A stretch of 27,123 bases of DNA, from IMG/VR virus record IMGVR_UViG_3300016471_000493. One strand, given 5' to 3'. The notes beneath the pieces are model-generated. The model searched no databases. It was given only the letters and a program-made list of their open reading frames with translations, and had not been told where the DNA came from. The DNA is from an uncultured virus (IMG/VR IMGVR_UViG_3300016471_000493). Taxonomy: Duplodnaviria > Heunggongvirae > Uroviricota > Caudoviricetes. The position numbers and the translations under genes are program-made. Shown here in pieces: positions 24,608 to 27,123 of the stretch; positions within the stretch are counted from its first letter, which is position 1; each line of letters begins with the position of its first letter.

Positions 24608-24786
24608 ATATAACTCGTTTATTTGTGAAGTTTACACCCACTTATGCCCCACCAGTATGTTGTATTTGTGTAGATTTAAGTTAACCTGATAAAAAAACAG
24701 GCACGGTAACTTGAGGGGCTAGTGTAATAAGAAAAAAAAATAGTGGTTTTCATCATTTTAATCTATTTATAGATATAAGAAAACAA

Positions 24787-25314
24787 ATGAAAGATTTGAA
24801 ACAATTTATTAAAACCACGATACGAGAGTATTTGAATGAACAAGAGTTTTTATTAAAAGAGGGTAAACAAATAGGTGTGTTGTATCATAATACTAATATC
24901 GAGAACGCCAAAAGTATATTAAAAACAAATACTCTTAGAATTCACAACAATGATTTAAATTCATTAATCGATTATAGAACTCTCAGAGACAATAATGTTA
25001 TATTTTCTCCGTTTGGACCTTTTTTAAACGATAGAAAAAAAATTAAACCATACATCTCGTTCACCAGAAATAAAATGTATAAAAGAACCGATGATAATGT
25101 ACAATTTATTTTAGATGGTGACAAACTTTCACAAAACTATAAAATATACCCTTATTCTCAATTTGGGGGTAGAGAATATGATGAAATGGAAGAAAGAGTT
25201 TATAGAAATATAATTAATTTAGATAAATATATTATTAAAATAATACTTCCTTCTAATGAATTAGAACTGGAATCGTTTCTTAAAGAAAAAAATATAATTT
25301 ATCAAATAAAGTGA
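24787..25314 (+). CDS. Leader-bearing ADP-ribosyltransferase-fold protein
   Basis: Leader MKDLKQFIKTTIREYLNE...LLKE. LYHNT...ISFTR...DEMEERV gives an H-S-E-type arrangement. TATTTATA lies at 24764-24771. Confidence 0.62.
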   Translation: MKDLKQFIKTTIREYLNEQEFLLKEGKQIGVLYHNTNIENAKSILKTNTLRIHNNDLNSLIDYRTLRDNNVIFSPFGPFLNDRKKIKPYISFTRNKMYKRTDDNVQFILDGDKLSQNYKIYPYSQFGGREYDEMEERVYRNIINLDKYIIKIILPSNELELESFLKEKNIIYQIK

Positions 25315-25401
25315 GTGGGATTTTTCTTTTAAAATCTTCAACCGAAATCTTTAATAGAAATTAAAACACCACAGACAAGGTAAAAAATTATTACACCTAA
25401 C

Positions 25402-25448
25402 GATTGTAAAAAAGGGTGGGGGGAATTGAATCACGAAGTGAAAAAAAA
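25402..25448 (+). repeat. Intergenic repeat copy 3
   Basis: gattgtaaaaaagggtggggggaattgaatcacgaagtgaaaaaaaa. Confidence 0.88.
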
Positions 25449-25487
25449 TTCAAAAAATCAATATACTTATATCTAAAGTAAAATACT

Positions 25488-25586
25488 ATGAGTGCAGAAA
25501 TGAGAAAACATATTGATTTATTCAAAAATGCTCTAGTAAAACAAAGTCCAAGTCAACACCGGGAGGCGTACGGTGATGAGGAGTAA
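25488..25586 (+). pseudogene. Leader-only 32-aa stub
   Basis: MSAEMRKHIDLFKNALVKQSPSQHREAYGDEE*. The start and upstream DNA resemble those of 23418, with TACTTATA at 25464-25471. Confidence 0.5.
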
Positions 25587-25622
25587 GGCTCAACTTAACC
25601 TGATAAACATCTAATCCTAGGA

Positions 25623-26131
25623 TTATTTCTGATCCTTTTGTTTAGCCAATTGTATTACCCTTTGGATTGGGTTTTGGATTAATTTAATTGTCCGACCATT
25701 TTTTTCAACCGCCACAAACTGAACCTTCTCTGATGGATTTTGGATGTATTGGATTGAATAGGGATTCTTTTTAACCGCTGCTAACTGTACCCTTTCTGAT
25801 GGATTTTCAATGTGTTTGATTGAATTTCCAAACTTTTCAACCGCTGCTAACTGAATTCTTTCTGATGGATTTTCGATGTGTTTGATTGCCCATGGATATT
25901 GTTCAACCGCCACCAACTGAACCTTCTCTGATGGATTTTGGATGAATCGAATTGAATATGGATTCTCGTTAACCGCCATTAACTGAACCTTTTCTGATGG
26001 ATTTTGGATGTGTTTGATTGAACTAGGATTTTTATGAACCATAGCGGCCTGTTTCATTTCTTCTGATGGATTATCAATAANNNNNNNNNNNNNNNNNNNN
26101 NNNNNNNNNNNNNNNNNNNNNNNTTTTCCAT
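25623..26131 (-). CDS. 22-aa tandem-repeat (DUF4116-like) protein spanning an assembly gap
   Basis: Repeats of IQNPSEKVQLxAVxxxxxSIxx. The frame is open up to the N-run, and an ATG lies at 26131 on the far side. Confidence 0.75.
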
Positions 26132-26135
26132 AATA

Positions 26136-26558
26136 TTAATATCCTTTTGATTGTGCCAATTGTTTTACCTTTTCGGTTGGATTTTGGATGTATTTGATTG
26201 AAAATGGATTCTTTTCAACTGCCGCTAGTTGAACCTCTTCGGATGGATTTTCGATGAATCGGATTGAACTACCAAGCTTTTTAACCGCGGCCAACTGAAC
26301 CCTTTCCGATGGATTTTGTATGTGTCTGATTGAAAAACCCCACTCTTCAACCGCAACTAGTTGAACCCTTTCTGATGGATTTTGTATGTATTTGATTGAT
26401 AAACCATTCTGTTTAACCGCTGCTAACTGAACTTCTTCGGATGGATTATCAATAAACTGAATTAAATCACCAACATTATACACCTGTTTATCCAAATCAT
26501 ATTTTGGATTCACTTCACCTATTTTGGTGAGAATGTTTTTCAGAATCGAGTCATCCAT
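26136..26558 (-). CDS. 22-aa tandem-repeat (DUF4116-like) protein
   Basis: Likely ATG at 26558 (MDDSILKNILTKIGE), four repeats. TATTTATA lies at 26586-26579. Confidence 0.8.
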   Translation of the reverse strand: MDDSILKNILTKIGEVNPKYDLDKQVYNVGDLIQFIDNPSEEVQLAAVKQNGLSIKYIQNPSERVQLVAVEEWGFSIRHIQNPSERVQLAAVKKLGSSIRFIENPSEEVQLAAVEKNPFSIKYIQNPTEKVKQLAQSKGY

Positions 26559-26590
26559 TTGTAATAATAAAGATACTTTATAAATACCAA

Positions 26591-26764
26591 TTTTTCCCAA
26601 AAATTTTTCCAAAAATTTTTTTCAGAAAATTTTATTGATGGGATTAACCCCCCATTTTTGTGTTATAACACCCCCTATGGAAGGGGATACGGGGAGACCC
26701 CCCCCTATAACAGGGGTAGCCGGCCCCTCTTTGTTATAGTACGCCCCCCTCTTTGTTATAACAT
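26591..26764. repeat. Non-coding block of phased A/T tracts, C/G runs, palindromes and direct repeats
   Basis: TTTTTCC(C)AAAAA tandem, TGTTATAACA twice, CCCCTCTTTGTTATA twice, CCCCT-N5-AGGGG twice. Confidence 0.7.
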
Positions 26765-26864
26765 NNNNNNNNNNNNNNNNNNNNNNNNNNNNNNNNNNNN
26801 NNNNNNNNNNNNNNNNNNNNNNNNNNNNNNNNNNNNNNNNNNNACTCCTTGTCGGGTGAGATGT

Positions 26865-27056
26865 TTAATAGTCATAATCATCCTCATCATGCGGAGATGT
26901 CTTGGTCGGTGGGAATGTATCGTTATGAATTAGACTGATGGTATAATTGCAAAGACCTACCAGCTCTTCTTTATCTTCGGGGTGATAGTTAGCGGATTCT
27001 ATTTCATTGCGGAAAGATCTTATTTCTTCGATATCATTCATGATGGATATTCCCAT
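26865..27056 (-). CDS. Small acidic hypothetical protein
   Basis: 63-aa ORF with ATG start, no recognisable motif. Confidence 0.55.
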   Translation of the reverse strand: MGISIMNDIEEIRSFRNEIESANYHPEDKEELVGLCNYTISLIHNDTFPPTKTSPHDEDDYDY

Positions 27057-27123
27057 CTGAACGATATGTTGTTTGGTGGTGTAGATATGTTGTTTTCTTT
27101 CCTTTCTTTGGTCGGGGGTTTCT

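Noticed and set aside
12550..24689. Same-strand alternative-frame ORFs 12550-12747, 14899-15165, 19430-19624 and 24501-24689
   Set aside because: Nested in or overlapping better-supported genes, with no motifs.
20864..25448. Three-copy repeat as a CRISPR array
   Set aside because: Copies are over 2 kb apart with genes between them, and no cas genes are present.
25623..26558. 66-bp repeats as CRISPR or a diversity-generating retroelement
   Set aside because: They are in-frame coding repeats, no template/variable repeat pair is evident, and there is no reverse transcriptase in the window.
26658..26933. 91-aa ORF across the N-run
   Set aside because: Built from repeat DNA plus unknown bases; not supportable.
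1..27123. Stop-codon reassignment
   Set aside because: The standard code gives dense, full-length genes. TAA, TGA and TAG all end genes, and no suppressor tRNA is seen.

Overview
This 27-kb, very AT-rich window looks like an accessory region of a large (jumbo-type) tailed phage, probably infecting Bacteroidota. That assignment is inferred from gene content and promoter type, since no capsid, portal or terminase gene lies in the window. Two gene classes are interleaved. (1) Plus-strand genes sit behind Bacteroidota-type promoters (TTTG-N19/20-TANNTTTG): a tRNA cluster, a PvuII-like nuclease, archaemetzincin, SprT, PspC and a SLOG protein. (2) About 20 genes sit behind a sense-strand TATTTAT/TATTTAC motif, and most of their products start with a short basic/amphipathic leader ending in (I/L/V)-x-E (e.g. 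MKKIIKLTESEL...VVNE). These leaders are fused to unrelated cargo domains: zincins, protein kinases, ADP-ribosyltransferase folds, an HD hydrolase, PD-(D/E)XK nucleases, GH108/CHAP/L,D-transpeptidase cell-wall enzymes and an AT-hook protein. I interpret this as a modular capsid-targeting, virion-delivered effector system. Other notable items are an unannotated ~140-nt structured RNA with two alternative folds (2751-2894), a tRNA-like gene with no normal anticodon arm, tRNA-Ile(UAU), a pseudoknot after the tRNA cluster, a non-autonomous IS200/IS605 element retaining the tnpB tail/omega-RNA region, a three-copy G-run/TCACGAAGTGA repeat, two C5 DNA methyltransferases and two 22-aa repeat proteins. 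All protein calls come from motifs read by eye; no database search or folding program was run.
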